A stretch of DNA of 39,523 nucleotides from Pyrinomonadaceae bacterium (GTDB lineage: Bacteria > Acidobacteriota > Blastocatellia > Pyrinomonadales > Pyrinomonadaceae), in contig JBDSCV010000214.1 in the NCBI GenBank assembly GCA_039920905.1, positions 1 to 39,523 on the forward strand. Reading direction: 5' to 3'. The number at the start of each line of letters is the position of its first letter. Positions within the stretch are counted from its first letter, which is position 1. The notes under the pieces are model-generated. The model worked only from the letters and a program-made list of their open reading frames with translations. It was not told the origin of the DNA and did not search any database. Both the position numbers and the translations under genes were made by a program. This document shows, in pieces, positions 26,052-35,367 of the stretch.

Positions 26052-27854
26052 ATGAATTCCGATCAGATAAGAAATTTCTCAATTATTGCCCACATCGATC
26101 ATGGCAAATCGACACTTGCCGACCGGCTTTTACAGATCACCGGTGCGGTTGCCGAGCGCGATATCGAGGCCCAAATGCTTGACGATATGGATCTCGAGCG
26201 CGAACGCGGCATCACCATCAAGGCCCACGCCGTCCGGTTAGATTACAAAGCTAAGGATGGCAAGCAGTACGTTCTAAATCTCATCGACACACCGGGTCAC
26301 GTTGATTTTTCTTACGAAGTTTCGCGTTCGCTATCGGCGTGCGAAGGGGCGTTGCTGGTCGTTGATGCTTCGCAGGGCGTCGAGGCGCAAACGCTTGCAA
26401 ACACATATCTTGCCATTGAGAATGACCTCGAACTTATTCCCGTTCTTAATAAGATCGACCTGCCGTCGGCCGAATCTGACCGCATAAAGGAACAGATCGA
26501 GAATATTATTGGCCTTGATGCCAGCGAAGCCGTCTTGACCTCGGCCAAAACCGGCATCGGTATTGAAGAAGTATTAGAAGCAATTGTCGCCAAGGTGCCG
26601 CCGCCGAAAGGTGACCGCAATGCTCCGTTAAAAGCGCTGATATTCGACAGTTGGTATGACAGCTATCGCGGCGTGATCGTGCTGTTTCGAGTTATCGACG
26701 GCACACTTAAGAAGGGTACGAAGATCAAATTCTTCAATACCGGTCGCGAATATCTGACCGAAACGATAGGCGTCAACCGCCCGCGCCCAACCCCTATTGA
26801 TGTACTCGGCCCCGGCGAGGTCGGATTTTTGACCGCCTCGATAAAGACCGTCGCCGACGTTGAGATCGGTGATACGATCACCGATGCGGCCCGGCCCGTT
26901 ACTGAGCCGCTGCCGGGTTTTCAGGAAGTGAAACCGATGGTTTTTGCGGGTCTATATCCAATAGATTCGGCACAATACGAGGACCTTCGCGATGCGATGG
27001 AAAAGCTGCGGCTCAACGATGCTTCGTTTTTCTTCGAACCCGAAAGCTCGACGGCACTCGGATTTGGATTCCGCTGCGGCTTTCTCGGCCTGCTCCACAT
27101 GGAGATCGTTCAGGAGCGTTTGGAACGTGAATTCAATCTGGAGCTCATCACCACCGCACCCGGCGTGCGTTACCGCGTGACGACGACCGATGGCGTTGTC
27201 GCCGAGATCGACAGCCCTTCAAAAATGCCCGATACGGGCCGCATCACAAAGATCGAAGAGCCGTTTATTGTCGCAACGATACTAACAAATGACGCTTTCC
27301 TCGGCGGCATTCTACCGCTTCTCGACGAAAAACGCGGCATTCAGAAAAAGTTTGAATACGTCACAACCGACCGCGTAATGCTCGTTTACGAATTGCCGCT
27401 AAATGAGATCGTGCTCGATTTTTATGACCGCCTCAAATCGGTTTCAAAGGGCTACGCATCGCTCGATTATCATTTGTCGGGCTATCAGGTAAGCAAGCTG
27501 GTTAAGCTCGATGTCCTGGTCTCAGGCGAACCGGTCGATGCTCTGTCACTCATAATGCACACCGACACCGCCACCGCAAAAGGCCGTCTTCTTGTCGCGA
27601 AAATGAAGGAACTCATCCCGCGCCAGATGTTCGAGGTCGCCATCCAGGCCGCCATCGGCAGCAAGGTCATCGCCCGAGAAACCGTCAAAGCCATGGGCAA
27701 AAACGTCATCGCTAAATGCTACGGCGGCGACATCAGCCGCAAACGCAAACTGCTCGAAAAACAAAAAGAAGGCAAAAAGCGCATGAAAAAAGTAGGCCGC
27801 GTCGAGATACCGCAGGAAGCATTTTTGGCGGTTTTGAAGGTCAACGAGAGCTAG
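26052..27854 (+). CDS. lepA: translation elongation factor 4
   Basis: [42 protein letters not shown], ending in the LepA C-terminal domain ([24 protein letters not shown]). The start is set at the ATG at 26052 because the track's GTG at 26001 adds 17 non-conserved residues. Confidence 0.95.
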   Translation: MNSDQIRNFSIIAHIDHGKSTLADRLLQITGAVAERDIEAQMLDDMDLERERGITIKAHAVRLDYKAKDGKQYVLNLIDTPGHVDFSYEVSRSLSACEGALLVVDASQGVEAQTLANTYLAIENDLELIPVLNKIDLPSAESDRIKEQIENIIGLDASEAVLTSAKTGIGIEEVLEAIVAKVPPPKGDRNAPLKALIFDSWYDSYRGVIVLFRVIDGTLKKGTKIKFFNTGREYLTETIGVNRPRPTPIDVLGPGEVGFLTASIKTVADVEIGDTITDAARPVTEPLPGFQEVKPMVFAGLYPIDSAQYEDLRDAMEKLRLNDASFFFEPESSTALGFGFRCGFLGLLHMEIVQERLEREFNLELITTAPGVRYRVTTTDGVVAEIDSPSKMPDTGRITKIEEPFIVATILTNDAFLGGILPLLDEKRGIQKKFEYVTTDRVMLVYELPLNEIVLDFYDRLKSVSKGYASLDYHLSGYQVSKLVKLDVLVSGEPVDALSLIMHTDTATAKGRLLVAKMKELIPRQMFEVAIQAAIGSKVIARETVKAMGKNVIAKCYGGDISRKRKLLEKQKEGKKRMKKVGRVEIPQEAFLAVLKVNES

Positions 27855-27900
27855 ACGACGTTTTTATTTCACGCAAAACAATTGATCGATCATTAGTGAA

Positions 27901-28800
27901 ATGAGTATAAACCTTCCCGCAATTTGGACTGGCCGCAAACGCGGATATCTATTCGACTGGGTCACGCAAAAATGGGTGCGTCTAACCGGACGAATTATCG
28001 ATCTCAAGAGTGAAAGTTGGATCCAAGGTCCGATTGGCGATACCCGAGAAATTGGGGAGACTTACTTTGAACGACTGGCTCAATTCCAGGATTTTAGCCT
28101 AAATCTTAATCCGGTTGATGCCGGACTCATTGAAGAATTTGCGCTTCTTAGGAGTAGCACATTCTCACCTGAAGAGCTTCATCCTAAGATCGTAGATTTC
28201 TACGAACACACGACGAAATACAATTTAGATGTCTGGTCGCAATGGAGCGGGCCTTTCAAGCCATTTGGCTGGCTATTAGCATTTATTTTTAGCCGAAGAT
28301 TGCAGCAACTCAATATGCCCATATCTTCGCTTGATACAAGCCGGGGGATTACGAGCGATATTATCCAGTTGACGGATGAGACAGGCTCGACGGTTTGGAC
28401 CGGCTGGTTGAGAAAACTTATCGCCACTAACTCAGTGATTTATGCCGGGATTTATTCGACGTGTAAGCCATCGAAATTTCCGGGACGGTGCATGAAAGTT
28501 GTTTTTCCTCTTCCAAATGGAAATGCTACGGTGGTAATGAAGCCGGAGGTTCATTCTGATGGTTCTATCACATTGATTTCGTCAGGAAACGAGTTTGGAG
28601 AACCCGGTTTCTACTTTGTAGTCCAAAAAAATGAGGATCAGGCTTGGGTGAAATATCTTACGGTGATGAAAGAAAGTATTCACGTTTATGTAGACGAATC
28701 GAAAGAGTTACGGGCCGATCATATTTTAAAACTGTGGGGAGCAACATTCCTTAAGTTGCATTATCGAATGCAGCTAAATACAACCTCGCGTGACGTCTAA
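27901..28800 (+). CDS. hypothetical protein (no family confidently recognised)
   Basis: 299-aa ORF, 46 nt downstream of lepA and visibly more AT-rich than its neighbours. No TM segment or signal peptide is seen. The C-terminal beta-rich region VVFPLPNGNATVVMKPEVHSDGSITLISSG..LRADHILKLWGATFLKLHYRM vaguely recalls DUF4166-type proteins, but I cannot confirm that. Confidence 0.55.
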   Translation: MSINLPAIWTGRKRGYLFDWVTQKWVRLTGRIIDLKSESWIQGPIGDTREIGETYFERLAQFQDFSLNLNPVDAGLIEEFALLRSSTFSPEELHPKIVDFYEHTTKYNLDVWSQWSGPFKPFGWLLAFIFSRRLQQLNMPISSLDTSRGITSDIIQLTDETGSTVWTGWLRKLIATNSVIYAGIYSTCKPSKFPGRCMKVVFPLPNGNATVVMKPEVHSDGSITLISSGNEFGEPGFYFVVQKNEDQAWVKYLTVMKESIHVYVDESKELRADHILKLWGATFLKLHYRMQLNTTSRDV

Positions 28801-28804
28801 GAGC

Positions 28805-30172
28805 TTAAAGATACTCGGCTATTTTACCCTCAACGATCGCTCGAATCTCTCCTAGACACTCTTCTGTATCGGCCTCAAACCGCAGGACTAATATCGCCTG
28901 TGTATTCGACGCTCGAACCAGTCCCCAGCCGTGTTGGAAGATAATGCGCGCGCCGTCAATGGTTATGACTTCGTGATCGCGGGCAAAATATTCGGCGATC
29001 TTTGCGACGACGGCGAATTTTGTTTCATCGGGGCAATCGACGCGAAGTTCGGGCGTCGAATAGGTCTTTGGCAGACCGGCGAATAAGGCTGACAGCGGTT
29101 TGTCCGTTTTGGAAAGAATTTCGAGGATGCGCGCTCCGGCATAGGTCGCGTCGTCAAATCCGTAAAATCGGTCGGCAAAAAAGAAATGGCCGCTCATTTC
29201 ACCGGCGAGAGCGGCGCCCGTTTCTTTCATCTTAGCTTTGATGATTGAGTGACCGGCTTTCCACATAAGCGGCACTCCGCCGTGTTTTCCGATGTCGTCA
29301 AAGAGCGTTTGCGAGCATTTTACCTCAGCGATAATGGTCGCACCCGGATCTTTCGCCAGAACTGCACGCGAGAACAGGACCATCACTTCGTCGCCCCAGA
29401 TTATTCGCCCAGTTTCGTCAACGATGCCGATGCGGTCGCCATCACCGTCAAAGGCAATGCCGATGTCGGCCTGATTTTCCCGCACGGCGGCGATGATGTC
29501 CCGTAGATTTTCCTCGACGGTCGGATCGGCGTGATGATTAGGGAAAGTGGAATCCGGCTCGATGAAAAGCTCGATCATTTCGATGCCGAGTGCACGATAG
29601 ACCGGCACCGCCGTCACGCCGCCCATACCGTTCCCGGCGTCAATTACGGCTTTGAGTTTTCGCGGGCCCATTGAAATACGCGAGACAATGTCGGTGTTAT
29701 AGGTGTCAAGAACTTCGATTGATTCGACCACACCGAGTTCTTCGTTGCGCACACTCGCTACCGCTCGTGTTTCCGCCTTCAGTGCTATCTCTTTTATTTC
29801 CTGTATTTGCGAGCCGAAGAGCGTATCTTTACCGAGACATATCTTAAATCCGTTATGATCCGGCGGATTGTGCGAACCGGTGATCATCACGCCTCCGTCA
29901 ACATCTTTTGTAAAAACCGTGTGATACAAAACCGGCGTCGGCACCATTCCGATCAACACAACATCACATCCTGTTTCGTTGAATCCGCGCGTCAGTAAAT
30001 CACAAAATCGCGGCGAACTTGCGCGGGCGTCAAAACCGATCGCAATGCGCTGAGCGCTATTTTGACGAAAAAATGGGCCGATCGCCAGACCGAGCTTGGC
30101 GACAGTTTCGTCGGTCAAATGCTGGCCGACGATGCCACGGATGTCGTATTCCCTGAAAATGTTTGGGTTCAT
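28805..30172 (-). CDS. phosphomannomutase/phosphoglucomutase
   Basis: 455 aa. MNPNIFREYDIRGIV is at the N-terminus, the active-site loop is GVMITGSHNPPDHNGFKI, the metal loop is FDGDGDRIG, and GEMSGH is also present. Confidence 0.93.
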   Translation of the reverse strand: MNPNIFREYDIRGIVGQHLTDETVAKLGLAIGPFFRQNSAQRIAIGFDARASSPRFCDLLTRGFNETGCDVVLIGMVPTPVLYHTVFTKDVDGGVMITGSHNPPDHNGFKICLGKDTLFGSQIQEIKEIALKAETRAVASVRNEELGVVESIEVLDTYNTDIVSRISMGPRKLKAVIDAGNGMGGVTAVPVYRALGIEMIELFIEPDSTFPNHHADPTVEENLRDIIAAVRENQADIGIAFDGDGDRIGIVDETGRIIWGDEVMVLFSRAVLAKDPGATIIAEVKCSQTLFDDIGKHGGVPLMWKAGHSIIKAKMKETGAALAGEMSGHFFFADRFYGFDDATYAGARILEILSKTDKPLSALFAGLPKTYSTPELRVDCPDETKFAVVAKIAEYFARDHEVITIDGARIIFQHGWGLVRASNTQAILVLRFEADTEECLGEIRAIVEGKIAEYL

Positions 30173-30311
30173 AGAAATTAACTAAGATGATTTTCCCGCA
30201 AAGCCGCTAAAGACGCAACGCACAGGCCGTCACTATGTAATAAACGTCCATTTTTGTTATACTCACGCCTTGAATCAGGGCAACAGTCGGAATCCGTCCG
30301 GCATCGAAAAC

Positions 30312-31325
30312 ATGCGTCTCTTTAGCAGACTATTATCGTCGCTTATGAAAAAATCCTCCAGGTCTACATCGCTTTGGCTATTATTTTTATCGCTCGTCCT
30401 TGCGGCCAGCACCTCAGCCCAAAAACCAACGCCAACGCCGACACCGGAAGATACCGGTACGACCAAAGTTTTTGAGGTTCGGCTGCCGGTGACGGTCACG
30501 CAGAAGAAAAATCTTATCACCGGCCTGTCGCGCGGCGATTTTTTGGTGTTTGAGGATGGCGTTCAACAGGAAGTTACATTCTTTTCCGACGAAAAAACCA
30601 ATCCGCCAATCTATGTCGGTGTCCTGATGGATACGTCGCCCTCGACGGCGGGCAAGATCACGTTTTCAAAAGAGGCTGCAAAGAATTTTATCTTTACCGT
30701 CACGCGGCTTCGCAAAGATAAGGCCGCGTTTATGACCTTTGACCACGAGATAACTTTGCGTCAGGATTTTACTGACAAACTCGATCTGCTTGACCGAGCC
30801 GTCGATAGGGTGAGTAAAACCGGGTCACAGACCGCACTTTACGATGCCGTCTGGCAGTTTTCCGATGAAAAGCTCCGTAACGTACCCGGCCGCCGTGTGA
30901 TCGTCATCATCACCGACGGCGACGACACTTTTAGCCGGGCCGATCTAAATGACGCCATCGACATCGCCCAGCGAACCGAGACGACCATTTTTGGCATCTC
31001 TACAAAGGCCGGTTTTCTCGGAACGGTCCCGGGCGTCGAGGCGGGCACGGTCAAGGACAAGGCCGATAAGCTTTTGACGCAGCTTTGCGAAGATACCGGC
31101 GGAGAGGTTTTTTTCACCGGCGACATGCTCGCGCTTGAGCGGGCATTTAAGAAGATCTCAGAAGAATTGCGGTCGCAATATCTGATCACATATAAACCGG
31201 CCGACCAGACTTACGATGGCCGCAACCGCAAGATCGAAGTGAGATTTGCGGACAAAGGAAAGACCGACAAGTTTAACATCCGCACCAAATCGAGCTACCG
31301 GGCGGTCAAAGACAGTTTGAAATAG
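30312..31325 (+). CDS. VWA domain-containing protein (acidobacterial VWFA-related type)
   Basis: Start set at MRLFSRLL (ATG at 30312), giving a signal peptide. This is followed by a PTPTPTP linker, then FEVRLPVTVTQKKNLITGLSRGDFLVFEDGVQQEVTFF, and a VWA core with LMDTSPS and ITDGDDT. Confidence 0.8.
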   Translation: MRLFSRLLSSLMKKSSRSTSLWLLFLSLVLAASTSAQKPTPTPTPEDTGTTKVFEVRLPVTVTQKKNLITGLSRGDFLVFEDGVQQEVTFFSDEKTNPPIYVGVLMDTSPSTAGKITFSKEAAKNFIFTVTRLRKDKAAFMTFDHEITLRQDFTDKLDLLDRAVDRVSKTGSQTALYDAVWQFSDEKLRNVPGRRVIVIITDGDDTFSRADLNDAIDIAQRTETTIFGISTKAGFLGTVPGVEAGTVKDKADKLLTQLCEDTGGEVFFTGDMLALERAFKKISEELRSQYLITYKPADQTYDGRNRKIEVRFADKGKTDKFNIRTKSSYRAVKDSLK

Positions 31326-31335
31326 GAGTTATAGA

Positions 31336-32409
31336 ATGTTTTCGAGAAATCGATTTTTAGTTTTGCTGACGGCGGCATTTTCGCTTGTTTGGCTGATCGG
31401 TTTTTCTGCGGCTGACGCACAGCAAACGCCGCCTAATCCGGCCGTAAAATCTTCGTCGCCAACTCCGACTCCGACACCATCTCCGGACGACGAAGTGATA
31501 AAGGTCGATACCGACGTTGTCAATGTGCTTTTCACCGCGCAAGATCGCAACCGCCGTCTTTTGACCGACCTGAAACAGGGCGATATTCAACTTCTCGAAA
31601 ATGGCCAGCCGCAGGAGCTTGTGGCGTTTTCCCGCCAGGTCGATCTGCCGCTCAGTCTTGCCATTTTGATCGACGTGAGTTTATCACAGCAGCGGACATT
31701 GCCTGAGGAAAAGGCTGCCGCGACATCGTTCCTTGAAACGGTGATCAGACCGGCAAAAGATGAAGTTTCGGTGGTCTCGTTTACCGGTGAATCGACGCTC
31801 GAGCAGAGTATGACAAATAACCTGATGCGGCTGCGGCGGGCGATCGAGCGCATACGCATCGTGCCGCCAGCTGGCTATATTGGTGGAGGCGTATCGACCG
31901 GAACGCCGCCGATCTCCGGTGACAGTGTCCAGGGTTCGACTGCGATCTGGGATTCGATCTGGGTTACTTCGGACGAAATTCTCGGCCCTGCGCCCGAACG
32001 AACGCGGCGGGCGATCATTCTACTCACAGACGGGATCAACACGTCGGGCAAAAAGAAACTTGACGAAGCCGTGCAGGCCGCGCTTCGGTCAGAAGCCATC
32101 ATTTATTCCATTGGTATCGGCGATAACTATCTCGATGGCGTCGATAAAGGGTCGCTGAATAAAATATCCGACAGGACCGGCGGACGGGCGTATTTCCCGC
32201 GTGACGAAGGCGAACTTCGCGGGGCGTTCCGGCAAATCCAGGACGAAATGCGTTCGCAGTATCTGGTCGCCTACGAACCTGTGAATCAAAGCCGCGACGG
32301 CTCGTACCGCAAGATCGAGATACAGCTTACAAACTCGCAGCTTCAAAAAGATAAGGTCAAGATTACGCATCGACAGGGATACTTCGCCAAGACCGCTCCA
32401 AGAAAATGA
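31336..32409 (+). CDS. VWA domain-containing protein, tandem paralogue of the previous gene
   Basis: 357 aa with the same architecture: signal peptide, PTPTPTPSP linker, LKQGDIQLLENGQPQELVAF, LIDVSLS, LTDGINT, and the C-terminal RSQYLVAYEP..YRKIEIQL. Confidence 0.8.
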   Translation: MFSRNRFLVLLTAAFSLVWLIGFSAADAQQTPPNPAVKSSSPTPTPTPSPDDEVIKVDTDVVNVLFTAQDRNRRLLTDLKQGDIQLLENGQPQELVAFSRQVDLPLSLAILIDVSLSQQRTLPEEKAAATSFLETVIRPAKDEVSVVSFTGESTLEQSMTNNLMRLRRAIERIRIVPPAGYIGGGVSTGTPPISGDSVQGSTAIWDSIWVTSDEILGPAPERTRRAIILLTDGINTSGKKKLDEAVQAALRSEAIIYSIGIGDNYLDGVDKGSLNKISDRTGGRAYFPRDEGELRGAFRQIQDEMRSQYLVAYEPVNQSRDGSYRKIEIQLTNSQLQKDKVKITHRQGYFAKTAPRK

Positions 32410-32416
32410 GATGGTT

Positions 32417-32794
32417 CTAGCCGTGTTCCGGCCAGTTCAGCCACCACTGATTTCCCCACTTATCAAGAAACTCGGCACTGCGGTCGTAGCCGTGTTCGCC
32501 GGGTTCCTGATTTCCGGTTGCACCGCCAGCGACACCTTTTGCGTATAACTCATCGACATTCTCCGTGACCGAATACATCGGAGCCGGGAACGGCGGCCAT
32601 GCATCGCTCGCCTGTCCGAGGAGTATCGTGCCGCCATTTAATGTAAATTCGGCGTGCATCCGCTTTCCGTCCGGGTGGCGAACGAGCAGTTTTTCCTCGG
32701 CGTCGAAGACAGCTTTGATAAATTCGATAAATCCTTCCGCGTTTTTTACGACCAGATACGGCATTATTGGGAAATAGTAGTCGGGTATGCTCAT
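32417..32794 (-). CDS. VOC (glyoxalase/bleomycin-resistance fold) family protein
   Basis: Start at MSIPDYYFPIMPYLVVKNAEGFIEFIKAVFDAEE (ATG at 32794, GAGGAG RBS). The C-terminus is DKWGNQWWL, a PhnB/VOC-like pattern. Confidence 0.75.
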   Translation of the reverse strand: MSIPDYYFPIMPYLVVKNAEGFIEFIKAVFDAEEKLLVRHPDGKRMHAEFTLNGGTILLGQASDAWPPFPAPMYSVTENVDELYAKGVAGGATGNQEPGEHGYDRSAEFLDKWGNQWWLNWPEHG

Positions 32795-32805
32795 AGTTTC
32801 TCCTC

Positions 32806-33178
32806 TTAGCCAGCGCCCGATGTGATCCACCAGACATTGCCGAACGGGTCGGTCACGCCGCAGCCTCGGCCGTATTCCTGATCGGCGGGCGGCAGGATGG
32901 TTTCAGAGCCATTTTCGACCGCCTTTGCGTAGGTTGCGTCGGCGTCATCGACATAGACGAACATGTTTGCCGTTGCCGGTTTCCACTCGTCACGGCTCTG
33001 CGAGAACATGATCGTGCTGCCGTTAATATTTGCCTCGCAGTGGCCCACAAGGTCGCCGCGCGTATCCTGATTGCGTCATCTCGGCCTCGAAAACCATCTT
33101 GATAAACTCGATAAACCCGGCCGCATCCTCGATCATCAGATACGGCATTACGGCCTTATGGCCTTCTGGAATATTCAT
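32806..33178 (-). pseudogene. VOC family paralogue disrupted by a 1-nt frameshift
   Basis: The ATG at 33178 gives MNIPEGHKAVMPYLMIEDAAGFIEFIKMVFEAEMT, and that frame then stops at 33025-33023. The +1 frame continues RNQDTRGDLVGHCEANINGSTIMFSQS..DPFGNVWWITSGAG (track ORF 32806..33048). It stays colinear, residue for residue, with the intact paralogue downstream. The shift lies near 33070-33076. Confidence 0.75.
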
Positions 33179-33269
33179 ATTCGCTCCTCGTTAGAAGTAT
33201 TTGCATTTGTCTTGCATTTACAAATTTAGAGAATACTGACCATGAAAAATTGGAAAAAAACGACAAAGT

Positions 33270-33971
33270 TCAAGCCTCAAGATATTCCGAGCCTTTGGCC
33301 CTGCCGGAAAAATAGACTTTCGGGTTATAGCCCGAAAATTCGCGAAAATCGTGAATAAAATGCGACTGGTCGTAATAGCCGCAATCGTAGTCAACGTCGG
33401 TCAGCGACTTGTTTGATCCATACTGCTTTAGCGCGGCCTGAAAGCGGATGATTCGCGCGTAGAACTTTGGCGAAAAACCGGCAAATTCCTTGAATTTTCG
33501 TTCGAATTGGCGGTGAGAGAAGAAATACCGGTTTGAGAGTTCGGTCACGTTCGTCAGGCCGCGTGTCTGGATGATATGTGCGATAGAGGCGAAAACACGC
33601 TGCTATCCGCGAAGGTTCAAATCGAGGCGTTTTTCGAGAAATGCCGAAAGGATCGAGACGTGTTCGATGGCGTCGGAGGTCGCGAGCATCGCTCCTCTAA
33701 TTCGCGGCCCTCGCTGCCAGAAATTTTGGTTGATAATGCACCGTGAAAACGTCCGCGTCTGGGCGTGAATGCCGGCCGTAAAAGTCTTTTCCCGCTCGTT
33801 GCCGACCAGTAGATCGTAAACGCCGCGATGATGAAATACGACTTCCGCACAGCCGTCGGCATAGCCGCGATAAATGTACGGCTCTGCCTCGGAAGCCTGC
33901 CCCTCATAAACCCAGAAACACCGCACAGACGGCGCGAGTTTTGGCGAAGGGTAAATGGTGTATTATTTCAT
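33270..33971 (-). pseudogene. AraC-family transcriptional regulator interrupted by in-frame stop codons
   Basis: Track ORFs 33603..33926 and 33270..33548 are in the same frame. They are separated only by a TAG at 33605-33603: ..LEKRLDLNLRG*QRVFASIAHIIQTRGLTNVTELSNRYFFSHRQFERKFKEFAGFSPKFYARIIRFQ (an AraC HTH). Upstream in the same frame, ATG-AAA-TAA (TAA at 33965-33963) precedes YTIYPSPKLAPSVRCFWVY. A TATAAT box lies 7 nt before that ATG. Confidence 0.7.
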
Positions 33972-34034
33972 TGCGAATATTATAGCCCACGTTAGGCAGT
34001 GTGCGGGAACAATATAGTAAAATCTCCATTTCGG

Positions 34035-35222
34035 ATGAACGGCAATTTAAGAAACAAAATTTTAATGAGTCTCGCCCGGCTTTTGGACGAGAACCGGGCC
34101 GAGATAGTCAAGGCAAACCGGGTCGATTTCGGTACATGTCCGCCTGACGATGCTGTCAGACTCGATCGTCTAAAGGTGGGCGACGCAAAGGTCGATGCGA
34201 TGATCGCGTCGGTGAAAAGCGTCATCGCCGTGCCCGACCCGACCGGAAAGGTCATCTCGTCGCAGACACGCGAGGACGGCCTGAGGATCGAAAACCGGCA
34301 GGTTCCGTTCGGCACGATACTGATTATTTACGAGGCCAGGCCGGACGTTTCCATCGAGGCGGCGATCATCGCCCTCAAAGCCGGAAACAGGATTTTGCTG
34401 AAGGGCGGGAAAGAGGCTCGAAACACAAATCTTTTGCTCGCCGATCTGTGGCGGCAAGCTCTCGCAGAGAACGGTGCCGATACGAATTTTGTCCGCTATC
34501 TAGATATTTCACGCGAGGAAACTCAAGACTTGATCTGCGGAAAAGCGGAAAAATTCGACCTTGTCATTCCGCGGGGCGGCGAGACGCTGATCGACTTTGT
34601 AGTGAAAAATTCGACTGCTCCGGTCTTGGTGAGCGGTCGCGGGAACAATTTTTTATTCATCGACACCGAGGCCGATTTTGATGTGGCCCTGGCGATAGCT
34701 CTCAATGGAAAGCAGCGTTTGAGCGTATGCAATGCTCTCGATAAGATATTGATCCACAAGGGTTTGCCTGAACGGGCGGCTAAAACCACGCGGCTCATTG
34801 CTGCCTTGCAGGAAATAGATATTGAGGTCTTTGGGGATGACGACGTTTGCTCAATCGACAGATCGGTCTTGCCGATCGCGGATGAAAGTGTCTGGTACGA
34901 AGAGTTTCTCGCGGCAAAAATAGTCGTCGGCATTGTTGAAAGCCGAGACGAGGCCATCGCAAAGATCAATAAATATTCCGGCGGACACTCGGCGGCAATC
35001 GTGACGGAAAACAAGGAATCGGCCAGGCGGTTTATGGAAGATGTAGATTGCGCGGCAGTCTATCACAACGCGTCCGTCAGATTCACCGACGGCGGCCAGT
35101 TCGGCCTCGGGGCCGAGATCGCGATATCGACCCAAAAACTCCATTTCCGCGGGCCGCTCGGCGCAGAGCATCTGCTGACGAATAAATGGTTTGTCTTCGG
35201 CGACGGGCAGATAAGAAATTAA
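34035..35222 (+). CDS. proA: glutamate-5-semialdehyde dehydrogenase (gamma-glutamyl phosphate reductase)
   Basis: IIYEARPDVSIEAAIIALKAGNRILLKGGKEA, the catalytic-Cys region RLSVCNALD, and HNASVRFTDGGQFGLGAEIAISTQKLHFRGPLG. Start taken at the ATG at 34035. Confidence 0.92.
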   Translation: MNGNLRNKILMSLARLLDENRAEIVKANRVDFGTCPPDDAVRLDRLKVGDAKVDAMIASVKSVIAVPDPTGKVISSQTREDGLRIENRQVPFGTILIIYEARPDVSIEAAIIALKAGNRILLKGGKEARNTNLLLADLWRQALAENGADTNFVRYLDISREETQDLICGKAEKFDLVIPRGGETLIDFVVKNSTAPVLVSGRGNNFLFIDTEADFDVALAIALNGKQRLSVCNALDKILIHKGLPERAAKTTRLIAALQEIDIEVFGDDDVCSIDRSVLPIADESVWYEEFLAAKIVVGIVESRDEAIAKINKYSGGHSAAIVTENKESARRFMEDVDCAAVYHNASVRFTDGGQFGLGAEIAISTQKLHFRGPLGAEHLLTNKWFVFGDGQIRN

Positions 35223-35252
35223 ATACGATGAGAAGCAAGGAAGAGTTTTGGC

Positions 35253-35333
35253 CGCAGATGAACGCGGACGACACAGATAAGAAGTGAATGAATTCTTTGT
35301 TCCTTATATCTGCGTAATCTGCGTTTATCTGCG
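35253..35333. repeat. three direct ATCTGCG repeats plus one inverted copy in the proA-proB spacer
   Basis: ATCTGCG is at 35308-35314, 35317-35323 and 35327-35333 (spacing 9 and 10). The inverted copy CGCAGAT is at 35253-35259, and GCCGCAGAT pairs with ATCTGCGGC. Confidence 0.7.
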
Positions 35334-35367
35334 GCAAAAAATCCTTCTCAGCGGTGTAGGTGAATTG

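Noticed and set aside
33060-33080. Programmed +1 ribosomal frameshift in the VOC paralogue.
   Set aside because: There is no slippery or rare-codon/SD-like stimulator as in prfB. The neighbouring AraC gene also carries nonsense codons, which fits decay or a sequencing error.
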